Of a stretch of 64,000 nucleotides of DNA, positions 27,046 to 36,430 are shown piece after piece. The notes beneath the pieces are model-generated. The model saw only the letters and a program-made list of their open reading frames with translations. It was not told where the DNA came from and ran no database searches. Source of the stretch: Candidatus Parcubacteria bacterium. GTDB lineage: Bacteria > Patescibacteriota > Minisyncoccia > Phycocordibacterales > CAIZLB01. The position numbers and the translations under genes were made by a program. Every line of letters begins with the position of its first letter. Position 1 is the stretch's first letter. Location: positions 185,624-249,623 of the forward strand of contig JBDKLC010000005.1 in the NCBI GenBank assembly GCA_039795775.1, in the 5' to 3' direction.

Positions 27046-27657
27046 TTAGCGAGCTTTTGTTCGTTCGTCTTCAGGCATTTCTTCGATGTCCTTTGCTTTA
27101 TCAATAAAAAGCACTCCGTCGAGGTGATCCACTTCGTGTTGGAAGATGTGCGCCAAAATACCACCTGCACCACGTTCTACTTTTTTGCCTTGTTCGTCAT
27201 AGGCTACAAGCGTTACTTTTGTAGATCGTTCTACTTTTCCATAGAGCCATCGTACAGAGAGACATCCTTCACCTTCCATCCATCGCTTTTCTTTTGAAAA
27301 TTTTGTGATGACTGGGTTGATGAATACGAGGTCCGCAGGGATAGGAGTTTTTGAAGATCGCTTTTTTCCTTCAGAAAGTTCGAGACGTTCTTCAGGCGGG
27401 AGTAACACTTTTCCAGACACAATAAAGATCCGAACTGATTCACCAATCTGAGGTGCTGCAAGTCCAATGCCGTCTTCTTGTGTTGAGAGCACTTTTTTCA
27501 TACGAGCGATAAGTGTCTTGATTTTTTCAGAAGAAATGTCGCCAAGCGCCACAGGAGTAGCTTTTTGGTGCAATACAGGATCGCCAATCTGTACGATGTC
27601 TTTCGTACTATGACCACTTGCTGGTGTAGATGCTGTTTGATGATTATGTGAAGCCAT
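27046..27657 (-). CDS. def: Peptide deformylase.
   Basis: The three PDF motifs are GIGLAAPQIG, EGCLS and HEVDHLDG. Confidence 0.9.
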   Translation of the reverse strand: MASHNHQTASTPASGHSTKDIVQIGDPVLHQKATPVALGDISSEKIKTLIARMKKVLSTQEDGIGLAAPQIGESVRIFIVSGKVLLPPEERLELSEGKKRSSKTPIPADLVFINPVITKFSKEKRWMEGEGCLSVRWLYGKVERSTKVTLVAYDEQGKKVERGAGGILAHIFQHEVDHLDGVLFIDKAKDIEEMPEDERTKAR

Positions 27658-27715
27658 TGGTAGGTATTATATCAAATCAATGATGTAGGAACGCATCCGT
27701 GTGAGACAAATACGT

Positions 27716-29647
27716 TTACAAGAGACTTTCAGGGTTTACTTTTACCATAAACTCATGGGGAAGCGCTACTAACGTATCTCGCAGTCTCGCCTCAGGCCAT
27801 TGTTCTGGTGGCACACTAATAAGCATGTGGAGGACAGCCTTTCCACGCTGCGTAGGAATAAATGCAGGGAATACCATCGGCTTCCATTGTTCAAGAATGT
27901 GGTGGAGGCGTTCCATTTCGTCAGCGGCTTTTTCTCGAGTATCTTCTACGGTGATTTTTATTTGCACTGAAAATGGCGGATAGTTGATAGCTTTGCGAAC
28001 AGCAATTTCATCTCGATAAAAATCTACAAACGTTCCGGTTGTAATTTGTTTGAGGAGTGGTACGTGAGCATTTCGTGTTTGGATAAGGAAATACGTAGAT
28101 GCTCTATATATAAGTCGAAGAAGAATATGAGCGATACGTTCGTTCACACGGAAATCAGGGAGAGAGAACAAACTATCCATAGAGGCAATAGCTATATGTG
28201 GCACTGGTGGCAAGAAGGTGAGCGCCGTTTCTGTTCCAATGAGAATTGATCCAGGAGTTCGTTCATATTGTTTGATGATATCTTTTGCCTGCTTTTCTGT
28301 TTTGACAGAATCTTTATCTATTTTGAAAAGTTTCACATCTGGGAATTTTTTTTCAATTTCTTCGTACACAGTGTCGATACCAATTCCAAGAGTAATGAGT
28401 TTCCAACTCGTACATTTTTTACAACACTCCATTGCACTTCGTTTGTGACCGCAGTGATGACAGAGAAAATACCGGCCACCTTCATTTTTTGAATTATGTA
28501 ACACAACAGGTGCACTACAATGCGTACAGAGTACTGTCGATCCACAATCTCCACACACCGCCTGAGGTGAGAGACCACGACGTGCACAAAAAATAAACAT
28601 ATTCTCTTTTTTCTTTTGAGAATATTCAATCATTGAGATGAGCTCTTCACTGAGCACTCGGAAGCCATCTTTTTCTCTATGACTTTTTTCTGTCATATCT
28701 ACAATGATAGTTCCAGGCAAATTTTCGAGTCGGAATGATGGGGGAAAGAGATCATGTATTTCACCACGTTCTCGTCTATATAATGTCTCTACGCGTAGAA
28801 GCGTATCAGCGAGAATAAGTCGTGCGTGCATGTGTTGAGCGTAGTACTCGATATGTGTTCGGAAATCTATATACGGAGGAAATGAGTTTATATATGAGCG
28901 TGATGATTCTCTGTCTAGAATAATAGTGCTGATATCTGTTCGAGGCACAGACATAAACATCGGCGTAGCAATAATGACCATCGGGTGGTCTTCACGAAGT
29001 GCTTTGTCCCAGTTTTCTTTTTGCGCTTTTTTAGAAAGACCACTGTGAAGTCCTACTACATAATCGTCGATTCCTTTTTTGAGCAGTTCTTTGAACATCT
29101 CTACATGCACTGTAGTTGGCACAATGAGGAGTACAGATTTTTTTCGAGCAAATTCTTCTCGCACTATCCCTTTGTATGTTGAATATCTATCTTGATTGTG
29201 CGATTGGAAGGTCAGTACTTCTGGAATAAATTCATCTTCGTCTGGTGTGTCGTTATCTGATGATGTATCAGTGTCTGTAACAGAATCAGCTGGAGCTACA
29301 TCTGGGATTGTTGCTTCAGATAAAATCGCTTCAGGAATGAGGGCTTTCATCACTGTGCCAAGTGGCTCCGCAAAATAGTACGCTGTTTGTTCTGCCGCTT
29401 TTATACATTCAGGATGGACGATTTTGTAGGGAGTTGTTACCTCGAGTTTTCGTGTAACGAATGAAGCATTTTTGATGTCACTTTTTGCAGCAGATGCATC
29501 ACTCGATGATTCTACGAGAGCAAGCACGGACCCACTTCGGAAGGGCACTTTGATGACAGAGCCAGGAGATACTTGATGGCTACTCCAGTAGGAGAGCCGT
29601 TCTTTGAATGCGCCTTTGGTAATAGGGAAGACAGTAATAATAAACAC
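27716..29647 (-). CDS. priA: Primosomal protein N' (PriA-like) with degenerate helicase motifs.
   Basis: The protein is 643 aa. The N-terminal 3' DNA-binding region is VIKVPFRSGSVLALV. The Cys-rich zinc-binding insertion is CGDCGSTVLCTHCSAPVVLH followed by CHHCGH and CKKCTS. No GxGKT Walker A is present. The position of the DExH box is occupied by ILDRESS. Confidence 0.7.
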   Translation of the reverse strand: MFIITVFPITKGAFKERLSYWSSHQVSPGSVIKVPFRSGSVLALVESSSDASAAKSDIKNASFVTRKLEVTTPYKIVHPECIKAAEQTAYYFAEPLGTVMKALIPEAILSEATIPDVAPADSVTDTDTSSDNDTPDEDEFIPEVLTFQSHNQDRYSTYKGIVREEFARKKSVLLIVPTTVHVEMFKELLKKGIDDYVVGLHSGLSKKAQKENWDKALREDHPMVIIATPMFMSVPRTDISTIILDRESSRSYINSFPPYIDFRTHIEYYAQHMHARLILADTLLRVETLYRRERGEIHDLFPPSFRLENLPGTIIVDMTEKSHREKDGFRVLSEELISMIEYSQKKKENMFIFCARRGLSPQAVCGDCGSTVLCTHCSAPVVLHNSKNEGGRYFLCHHCGHKRSAMECCKKCTSWKLITLGIGIDTVYEEIEKKFPDVKLFKIDKDSVKTEKQAKDIIKQYERTPGSILIGTETALTFLPPVPHIAIASMDSLFSLPDFRVNERIAHILLRLIYRASTYFLIQTRNAHVPLLKQITTGTFVDFYRDEIAVRKAINYPPFSVQIKITVEDTREKAADEMERLHHILEQWKPMVFPAFIPTQRGKAVLHMLISVPPEQWPEARLRDTLVALPHEFMVKVNPESLL

Positions 29648-29690
29648 ACCTCTATATTGGCAGAAAATACGTTGAAAAACAATGTTATTT

Positions 29691-29744
29691 TGGAGCTCTA
29701 AACATTGACTTTTGTGTCATTTATGCTATAATGTATAACAGAGC
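29691..29744 (+). promoter_or_regulatory. Consensus-like sigma70 promoter framed by an 8 bp inverted repeat.
   Basis: TTGACT at 29704-29709 and TATAAT at 29727-29732 are separated by 17 nt. ggagctct and agagctcc flank the promoter. The tandem repeat actgtctgaa x2 at 29779-29802 abuts the ATG at 29804. Confidence 0.45.
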
Positions 29745-29836
29745 TCCTTAACCCAGGATCTCATTCACAACAACCCAAACTGTCTGAACATACTGTCTGA
29801 ATCATGAACCTATCGTTCTTCCTTGAAAACTTCACC

Positions 29837-30238
29837 ATGATCTTCCAAACCCGTTACGGCCTTTGGGTCGCGGCGGGGATCATCATTGTCGTGCTGGCGG
29901 TCTCTGGTTTTCTCAAATGGGTGGGAGCGCATCGCGAACCCACCGAAGCTGAGAAAATCTGGCTCGCCATTTTCACCGCGATTGACCCCTTCGTCACCTC
30001 ATCCGTAGAAGAAAAGCTCGCTAAGCTTTATTCCAACGGTGTAGCAGGTGTGCTTTTTACCAGAGCTTCAGGCTCTTTTATTTGGCAAGTTCGTTGGGAC
30101 AATCGTGCAGGACGCAACCAAGGCATCATTGCCGTCAGTTGCCCCAATAACCCGCAGCTTCGACGTCAAGTCGAATTTATAGGCACAAAAGAGCTTAAAC
30201 GCTTGCGTTGGCCTATAGTTGCTGTATGCGGTGAATAA
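29837..30238 (+). CDS. Hypothetical membrane-anchored protein (GC-rich).
   Basis: The start is probably MIFQTRYGLWVAAGIIIVVLAV. No motif was found. Confidence 0.45.
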   Translation: MIFQTRYGLWVAAGIIIVVLAVSGFLKWVGAHREPTEAEKIWLAIFTAIDPFVTSSVEEKLAKLYSNGVAGVLFTRASGSFIWQVRWDNRAGRNQGIIAVSCPNNPQLRRQVEFIGTKELKRLRWPIVAVCGE

Positions 30239-30295
30239 GCCAGACAAATACATCAGGAACGCGTAAGCGATCCAAGTCTTGGGTTCAATCCCTGA

Positions 30296-30330
30296 GGCGC
30301 GTCACTCCAACCGGGTGACGTTTTTTTGTT
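30296..30330 (+). terminator. Rho-independent terminator.
   Basis: The stem cgtcac and gtgacg has the loop tccaaccgg, followed by T7. Confidence 0.6.
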
Positions 30331-30438
30331 GAAATTTTCTAACTAGAGCGACAAGATCCGGTACTTGATTTTTGTATAAATATGTGTTATTATATACACG
30401 TACTAAGTCCTTTTGAAATTACATATAACGGATAGTGG

Positions 30439-30518
30439 TTTTGTTGGTGTGGTCAGTGCAATGTGGCCGGAATGCCTATATATCGCTTCGCGACGGGCAA
30501 GCATTCTTTCTTCATTGC
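30439..30518. repeat. Perfect 14-15 bp inverted repeat enclosing a 50 nt GC-rich loop.
   Basis: gtggtcagtgcaatg pairs with cattgcactgaccat. It lies about 100 bp upstream of the 30617 gene. Confidence 0.55.
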
Positions 30519-30616
30519 ACTGACCATATGCCATACAGGCTCTTCTATGAAACGAAGTGAATACAAGCAACCCTGCTTTTATTCTATATGCAATATGCAA
30601 CCCAAAAAAAACCATT

Positions 30617-31429
30617 ATGAAAGTGTTCGTATCAAGTAGTGAATTCCTCCACAAAGTCCGCATTGTGTTGGGCTGTCGGACCCCCCTCAACGTTGTTGAA
30701 GGCCACGCCATCGAGAAACTCATCAAGGTCCTTAAACCCGTCTGGCCGAAGATTCAGTTCGACCCTATGTTGAATTGCATCTTCGGTGAACCTCAGTCAC
30801 TCGATGCAATTGTCGCATCCGCGATCGGGGCCGGCGAAATGCCTTTGCTCGTCAACATCACTCGCACGACGGTGCTCAAAGGATTCTGCCAGTTTGTGAG
30901 TGCAGAGTCTCACCTCTACGGTCGCTCTGCGCTTCTGCAATTGTGTGACATGTTTCAGCAGCCACCCACGCGCTACATGGTGCAGGTGGCGGCGTATGTC
31001 ACGGCGGGCATCCTCGGACTCAAAGCCGTCGGGATGACGGAGAAAGTGGATATTGAGGCCTTCCTCACGTTCGCACGAAAGTTGATTGATGTGCCTTGTG
31101 AAGATGAGATCGCGGCGACCAGGTTTATGGCCAACCCAAAGAAGGATGGCAACCTGCTGATTGCGGATCTTCCGGAATGCAAAGCGCCGCATGCGGTCCA
31201 TGATCATGTTGCGGTGGACTCACCACTTGGAGTGGCAGAATGTCTCTTGGTCCACTGTGGCCGGGGGCAATCTACCTTCTATGGTTCCTACAATGTGTGT
31301 CTGAAGCTGCGCGAAACCTTTGGCGGAGAAATCACCTTCGCCCTGGGTAACAACGACTATGCCCACATTAGCGTGTCATCCGATCGCCGCCAAGGCTTCG
31401 AGGCCGCTGTGAAGCATCACGTGAAGTAG
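30617..31429 (+). CDS. Hypothetical protein (GC-rich, about 270 aa).
   Basis: The long ORF has a markedly higher GC than the genome background. No motif was found. The start is uncertain, either 30557 or MKVFVSS at 30617. Confidence 0.5.
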   Translation: MKVFVSSSEFLHKVRIVLGCRTPLNVVEGHAIEKLIKVLKPVWPKIQFDPMLNCIFGEPQSLDAIVASAIGAGEMPLLVNITRTTVLKGFCQFVSAESHLYGRSALLQLCDMFQQPPTRYMVQVAAYVTAGILGLKAVGMTEKVDIEAFLTFARKLIDVPCEDEIAATRFMANPKKDGNLLIADLPECKAPHAVHDHVAVDSPLGVAECLLVHCGRGQSTFYGSYNVCLKLRETFGGEITFALGNNDYAHISVSSDRRQGFEAAVKHHVK

Positions 31430-31494
31430 CACCACTCACCATCCGTTGTCAGTTCAAATCTGACGAGGTTCCTGATCCTTACAAAACTTGCAGG

Positions 31495-31530
31495 AGGCCC
31501 AGCGCAACGCGCTGGGCCTTTTCCTTTTAT
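31495..31530 (+). terminator. Rho-independent terminator.
   Basis: ggcccagcgc pairs with gcgctgggcc in a perfect stem, followed by a T-run. Confidence 0.65.
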
Positions 31531-31635
31531 ATCTCCTTTATATTTTTTTGAATTTTTCTTTATTTTTCATAACAACTTCAACATTATGTCCAAATTGTAT
31601 TGTGACTAGAAAAGCCGTATGATAGTCACATCTTT

Positions 31636-32649
31636 ATGGGATTTTTTTCTAAAAAACTTGGCATCGATTTAGGTACAGCAAATACACTCGTATTTTTGCC
31701 TGGAAAAGGAATTGTACTCAACGAACCATCTGTGGTGGCAGTGTCAGAACAAGACAATCAGATTCTTGCGGTAGGCATTGAAGCAAAAGAAATGATTGGT
31801 AAAACTCCTGAAAGTATTATTGCGTATCGTCCTATGAAGGATGGCGTGATTGCTGACTACCGAGTGACAGAAGCAATGCTTCGATATTTCATCAACAAAG
31901 CTCTTGGCAAATGGAATATTTGGAAACCAGAAGTGATGGTATCAGTGCCAGCGGGTGTGACATCTACAGAACGACGAGCGGTGATTGAGGCTGCCGTAAA
32001 AGCGGGCGCAAAAATGGCGTACGTTGTGAAGGAACCAATTCTCGCTGCTATAGGCGCAGGTATTTCTATTCAAGAAGCAGTAGGGCACATGATTGTAGAT
32101 ATTGGTGGCGGTACCACAGACGTGGCGGTGATTTCTCTTGGAGGTATTGTGTCTTGTACATCGGTTAAATGCGCAGGCAACAGAGTAGACGCAGCTATCA
32201 CAGACTATATAAAGAAGACATACAACCTCGCTATCGGTGACCGAACAGCAGAAGAAGTCAAAATCAAGATTGGCTCTGCTGTACCACTTGAAGAAGAACT
32301 TACTATGTCAGTGAAGGGACGAGATTTTCTTACAGGTCTTCCACGATCTGTAGAAGTGAAGACAAACGAAGTTGTGAAAGGAATTTCAAAAGAACTTCGA
32401 GAAATAGTGAAAGCTATCAAAGATGTACTTCAAGAGACACCTCCTGAATTGGCTTCAGATATTATTGATCACGGCATCATCATGACTGGGGGATCATCAC
32501 AGCTTCGAAATCTTCCTGAACTCGTATTCCGACGAACGGGTGTAAAGGCAGTGCTTGCGGAAGATCCACTCTACTGTGTGGCAAAGGGCACTGGTGTAGC
32601 ACTCGACCACCTCGACACCTACAAGAAGACTATTATTTCTAAACGATAA
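31636..32649 (+). CDS. mreB: Rod shape-determining protein MreB.
   Basis: The protein begins LGIDLGTANTLVF and contains DIGGGTTDVAVISLGG. These are actin-fold ATPase motifs. Confidence 0.9.
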   Translation: MGFFSKKLGIDLGTANTLVFLPGKGIVLNEPSVVAVSEQDNQILAVGIEAKEMIGKTPESIIAYRPMKDGVIADYRVTEAMLRYFINKALGKWNIWKPEVMVSVPAGVTSTERRAVIEAAVKAGAKMAYVVKEPILAAIGAGISIQEAVGHMIVDIGGGTTDVAVISLGGIVSCTSVKCAGNRVDAAITDYIKKTYNLAIGDRTAEEVKIKIGSAVPLEEELTMSVKGRDFLTGLPRSVEVKTNEVVKGISKELREIVKAIKDVLQETPPELASDIIDHGIIMTGGSSQLRNLPELVFRRTGVKAVLAEDPLYCVAKGTGVALDHLDTYKKTIISKR

Positions 32650-32655
32650 AGCACT

Positions 32656-33384
32656 ATGGCTTTACACAAAGAAACACTTCAACAACAACTTCCTCTCCAG
32701 AAGCTGCATCATACATATATAGTAGTGGGTCCTCGTGAGACTGCTGTGGTTTCTGTGGTAGATTTTTTGCGAGATTCATTTAGTCTTGAACATTCATATC
32801 CAGATATGTGGGTGAAGTCGTATGATTCAGTGGGTGTTGATGACACAGAAGAAATTGCATCAGTACATCAGCGACGACCGATTGGCACAAACAAAAAATT
32901 TATTATTTTTGAAACATCGCAGATTACTCAGCAAGCGCAAAACAGTTTACTTAAAATGCTTGAAGAGCCTTCAGCCGAAACTCATTTCTTTATTGTTATA
33001 CCGTCAGTGGTGATGTTGCTTCCTACAATTCTTTCTCGAGTGCATGTGGTAACGTTGGACGAGACAGATGCAACATCTAGCCAAACGTCAGAAGTGGCAG
33101 AATTTTTGGCTTCATCTATGGGAAGTCGTGTCGCATTTGTAGCGGGGCTTTTGGCCGACTACGATAAGGAAAACATCACAAAAGAAGACATCTATTCGTT
33201 TGTAAATGGGGTAGAGCAGATGGTTCATGAAGAAATGCTCAAAAAATCATCAAAAGATGGAGCGTATGGTGAGGCGCAACAAGCCCTCGCAGCTGTGGCA
33301 CATGTGCAGACATATATACGAGATACGGCATCATCTTTGAAGCTCCTTCTCGAGTATCTTGCACTTCGCTTGCCTAGACTTTAG
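32656..33384 (+). CDS. holB: DNA polymerase III delta' subunit-like protein.
   Basis: The clamp-loader box is NSLLKMLEEPSAETHFFIVIP followed by LLPTILSRVHVV. The P-loop is degenerate, as is typical of delta'. Confidence 0.65.
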   Translation: MALHKETLQQQLPLQKLHHTYIVVGPRETAVVSVVDFLRDSFSLEHSYPDMWVKSYDSVGVDDTEEIASVHQRRPIGTNKKFIIFETSQITQQAQNSLLKMLEEPSAETHFFIVIPSVVMLLPTILSRVHVVTLDETDATSSQTSEVAEFLASSMGSRVAFVAGLLADYDKENITKEDIYSFVNGVEQMVHEEMLKKSSKDGAYGEAQQALAAVAHVQTYIRDTASSLKLLLEYLALRLPRL

Positions 33385-33431
33385 AATAAGTACATATTAT
33401 AGGAGGTTTATACGAGCAAATATCATCATTT

Positions 33432-33983
33432 ATGGCATACAATTTTTCGAAATTTCAACAGAAAATCAAAGAAACACAAGACTGGCTTACACGCGAAATG
33501 TCGGCTATTCGAACAGGACGAGCATCTACAGCTTTTCTTGATAGTGTCCGAGTAGACTCATACGGGTCAGAAATGCCACTTAGTGGTGTTGGCTCTCTTT
33601 CTACAGAAGACGCACGAACAATTCGAATCACTCCATGGGATCACAGTCAGACTCAGGCTGTAGAGAAAGCTATCGTTGCATCAAATCTCGGTGTATCAGT
33701 TGTGGTAGACGACAAAGGCCTTCGAGTAATCTTCCCAGAACTCACAGGTGAACGACGAGAACAGCTCATCAAAGTAGCTAAACAGAAACTGGAAGACGGT
33801 AAGGTTGCAATTCGACAGGAACGAAATGAAGTTTCAAACGATTTGAACGATAAAAAGAAAGAAGGAACAATGGGTGAAGATGATGTAGCTCGAGCAAAAG
33901 CTGAAATGGAAAAGATAACACAAGAAGGTTCAAAGAAACTTGAAGAAATGTTCAATAAAAAAGAACAAGAAATCAAAGGCTAA
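33432..33983 (+). CDS. frr: Ribosome recycling factor.
   Basis: The 183 aa protein has the RRF fold signature MSAIRTGRASTAFLDSVRVDSYG. Confidence 0.9.
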   Translation: MAYNFSKFQQKIKETQDWLTREMSAIRTGRASTAFLDSVRVDSYGSEMPLSGVGSLSTEDARTIRITPWDHSQTQAVEKAIVASNLGVSVVVDDKGLRVIFPELTGERREQLIKVAKQKLEDGKVAIRQERNEVSNDLNDKKKEGTMGEDDVARAKAEMEKITQEGSKKLEEMFNKKEQEIKG

Positions 33984-34048
33984 TGTAAGGTGAGTAGAAC
34001 GCAGACAGGAACAGTACAAAAAAGGTCGGGAAACTAACAACATATTAC

Positions 34049-35140
34049 ATGATTACAATTATTCTATTCTTACTCGTTCTCACCGCTCTCGTGTTTGTCC
34101 ACGAACTCGGGCATTTTCTTGCTGCGAGATTCTTTGGTGTCCGAGTAGATGAATTTGCTATCGGTTTTCCTCCTCGACTTTTCTCAAAAAAATATAAAAA
34201 TACTGACTACTCAATCAACCTTCTTCCTGTCGGTGGATACGTGAAAATTTACGGAGAAAATCCTGAAGATGCTCCAACACAAGACAACCTCCTCGTGAAG
34301 CCAAAGTGGCAGCAGCTCGTTGTCCTTGTCGCAGGTGTTACATTCAATATTATCTTTGCTTGGATTCTTTTGTCACTCGCTCTTATGGTAGGTACAAAAA
34401 CATCTACTGATGGTTTTCCTCAGCAATATGTTCAGAGTCAGTCAATTCTCATTTCATATGTAAGTCCAAATAGTCCAGCAGCTACAGCTGGTCTCAAAAC
34501 TGGTGATGAAATTATAAATGTGACAGGTATAGATACAGTGCTCGCTACCACAAGTCTTTCAGTAGCAAACATCCAGAAGCTCACAAATGATAATGGTGGA
34601 AGTCTCACAGTCACATACAAACCTGCAAAAGGTGAAGAAGTAAAAAGTGTACGTGTTGAACCTGCAGCGGGTCTTGTAGAAGGGAAGCGAGCTATTGGTA
34701 TCGCTATGTCAGAAGTTGGAGAAGTGAAGACAGGATTTTTCTCATCATTCTATTACGGAGCAAAGCAAACATTCTTCCTTACAATTAATATTGTCGTAGG
34801 TTTGTACGGATTCTTCAAAGATATTGTTGTAGGTCATCCAAACTTCAGCGAAGTTGCTGGGCCCGTGGGTATCGCAAACATCGTAGGCGATGCTTCTCGA
34901 GTAGGTCTTGCTGCACTCATCACTATCACTGCGGTCATCTCTGCCAACCTTGCTGTTATCAACCTTCTTCCATTCCCGGCCCTCGACGGTGGCCGAATCG
35001 TAGTGATTCTCATCGAAGCTATTCGAAGAAAGACACTTTCACCCAAAATCATCAACTACATCAATATGGCAGGATTTTTCCTCCTTATTGCACTCATGGT
35101 TATCATTACATTCAAAGATATTCTTAAATTGATCAAATAA
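34049..35140 (+). CDS. rseP: RIP metalloprotease RseP (site-2 protease).
   Basis: HELGHF is the zinc motif. A PDZ-like central domain is followed by the C-terminal NLLPFPALDGGR motif. Confidence 0.85.
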   Translation: MITIILFLLVLTALVFVHELGHFLAARFFGVRVDEFAIGFPPRLFSKKYKNTDYSINLLPVGGYVKIYGENPEDAPTQDNLLVKPKWQQLVVLVAGVTFNIIFAWILLSLALMVGTKTSTDGFPQQYVQSQSILISYVSPNSPAATAGLKTGDEIINVTGIDTVLATTSLSVANIQKLTNDNGGSLTVTYKPAKGEEVKSVRVEPAAGLVEGKRAIGIAMSEVGEVKTGFFSSFYYGAKQTFFLTINIVVGLYGFFKDIVVGHPNFSEVAGPVGIANIVGDASRVGLAALITITAVISANLAVINLLPFPALDGGRIVVILIEAIRRKTLSPKIINYINMAGFFLLIALMVIITFKDILKLIK

Positions 35141-35167
35141 TTCGTACAATAAGTACATAATCTCTAT

Positions 35168-36427
35168 ATGCGACAATCACAACTTTTCACTAAAACACGA
35201 CGTGAAGCTCCAAAGGATGAAGTAGCAAAAAATGCGCAGCTCCTCATTCGAGCTGGATATATTCACAAAGAAATGGCGGGCGTGTATGCCTTCTTGCCAC
35301 TTGGTCTTCGAGTTCTCAAAAACATCGAACATATTATTCGTGAAGAAATGAATGCAATCGGCGGACAGCAAGTATCGCTCACTGCTCTTCAGGATAAAAA
35401 TCTTTGGGAAAAAACAGATCGATGGGACGATGCAAAAATCGACAACTGGTTTAAAACAAAACTCAAGAACGGCAGCGAAACTGGTCTTGGTATTACACAC
35501 GAAGAACCTCTAACAAACATTATGTCTGAGTATGTTTCGTCATATCGAGATTTACCAGCGTACGTCTATCAGTTCCAAACAAAGTTCCGAAACGAAACTC
35601 GAGCAAAGAGTGGTATCATGCGAGGACGAGAATTTCTCATGAAAGATTTGTACTCATTCTCAGCCACAGAAGAACAGCACGCTGAATTTTATCAAAAAGC
35701 AAAAGCAGCGTATGTTCGCATCTTCGACAAAGTAGGTCTAGGCGAATCTACATACGTCACATTTGCTGATGGAGGAATCTTCAGTAAATATTCTGAAGAA
35801 TTTCAGACTGTGTCTGAAGCAGGTGAGGACCTTATATATGTAGATGTTCAGAAGGGCATCGCTGTGAACAAAGAAGTACTCAATGACGAAGTACTCGCTG
35901 AGCTCGGCCTCAAACGAGAAGATCTCATAGAAAAGAAATCTATTGAAACTGGAAACATTTTCAACCTTGGTACTCGATTTGCAGAACAGCTCGGTCTTCA
36001 ATTTAAAAACGAAGCTGGTGAACTCAAACACGCCATCATGGGTTGCTATGGTATTGGACTCAGTCGGCTCATGGGTACAGTGGTAGAAACTCTTTCAGAT
36101 GAAAAGGGAATTGTGTGGCCAATCAACATTGCACCATTCAAAGCTCATATCATCCTTGTTTCTTCATCAGAAGAAAGTAAGGCACGAGCAGAAGAAGCAT
36201 ACAAAGTGCTTGGTGAACAACTCGACGGTGTACTTTACGACGACAGAGATGCACGAGCAGGAGAAAAGTTTGCAGATGCAGATCTCATTGGTCTTCCATA
36301 TCAAATTCTCATTGGAGACAAAAACCAAAAAGATGGCAACGATAACTGGCTCTGTGAAGTAAAGAATCGAAAGACAGGTGAAGTACAGCATGTGGTGCTT
36401 GCGGATATTGCGTCAGCTATAAAATAA
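35168..36427 (+). CDS. proS: Prolyl-tRNA synthetase, short bacterial form without an editing insertion.
   Basis: The class II motifs are FRNETRAKSGIMRGREF and GCYGIGLSRL. The protein is 419 aa. Confidence 0.9.
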   Translation: MRQSQLFTKTRREAPKDEVAKNAQLLIRAGYIHKEMAGVYAFLPLGLRVLKNIEHIIREEMNAIGGQQVSLTALQDKNLWEKTDRWDDAKIDNWFKTKLKNGSETGLGITHEEPLTNIMSEYVSSYRDLPAYVYQFQTKFRNETRAKSGIMRGREFLMKDLYSFSATEEQHAEFYQKAKAAYVRIFDKVGLGESTYVTFADGGIFSKYSEEFQTVSEAGEDLIYVDVQKGIAVNKEVLNDEVLAELGLKREDLIEKKSIETGNIFNLGTRFAEQLGLQFKNEAGELKHAIMGCYGIGLSRLMGTVVETLSDEKGIVWPINIAPFKAHIILVSSSEESKARAEEAYKVLGEQLDGVLYDDRDARAGEKFADADLIGLPYQILIGDKNQKDGNDNWLCEVKNRKTGEVQHVVLADIASAIK

Positions 36428-36430
36428 ATC

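Noticed and set aside
29779-29802. The direct repeat actgtctgaa x2 as a possible CRISPR-like or mini-repeat array.
   Set aside because: There are only two 10 bp units with a 4 bp spacer and no further copies. It is most likely a small duplication or operator half-sites at a promoter.
30265-30300. A GGTTCAATCC T-loop-like motif suggesting a tRNA or tRNA fragment.
   Set aside because: No complementary T-stem, acceptor or anticodon arm can be drawn. It is probably a chance match adjacent to a terminator hairpin.
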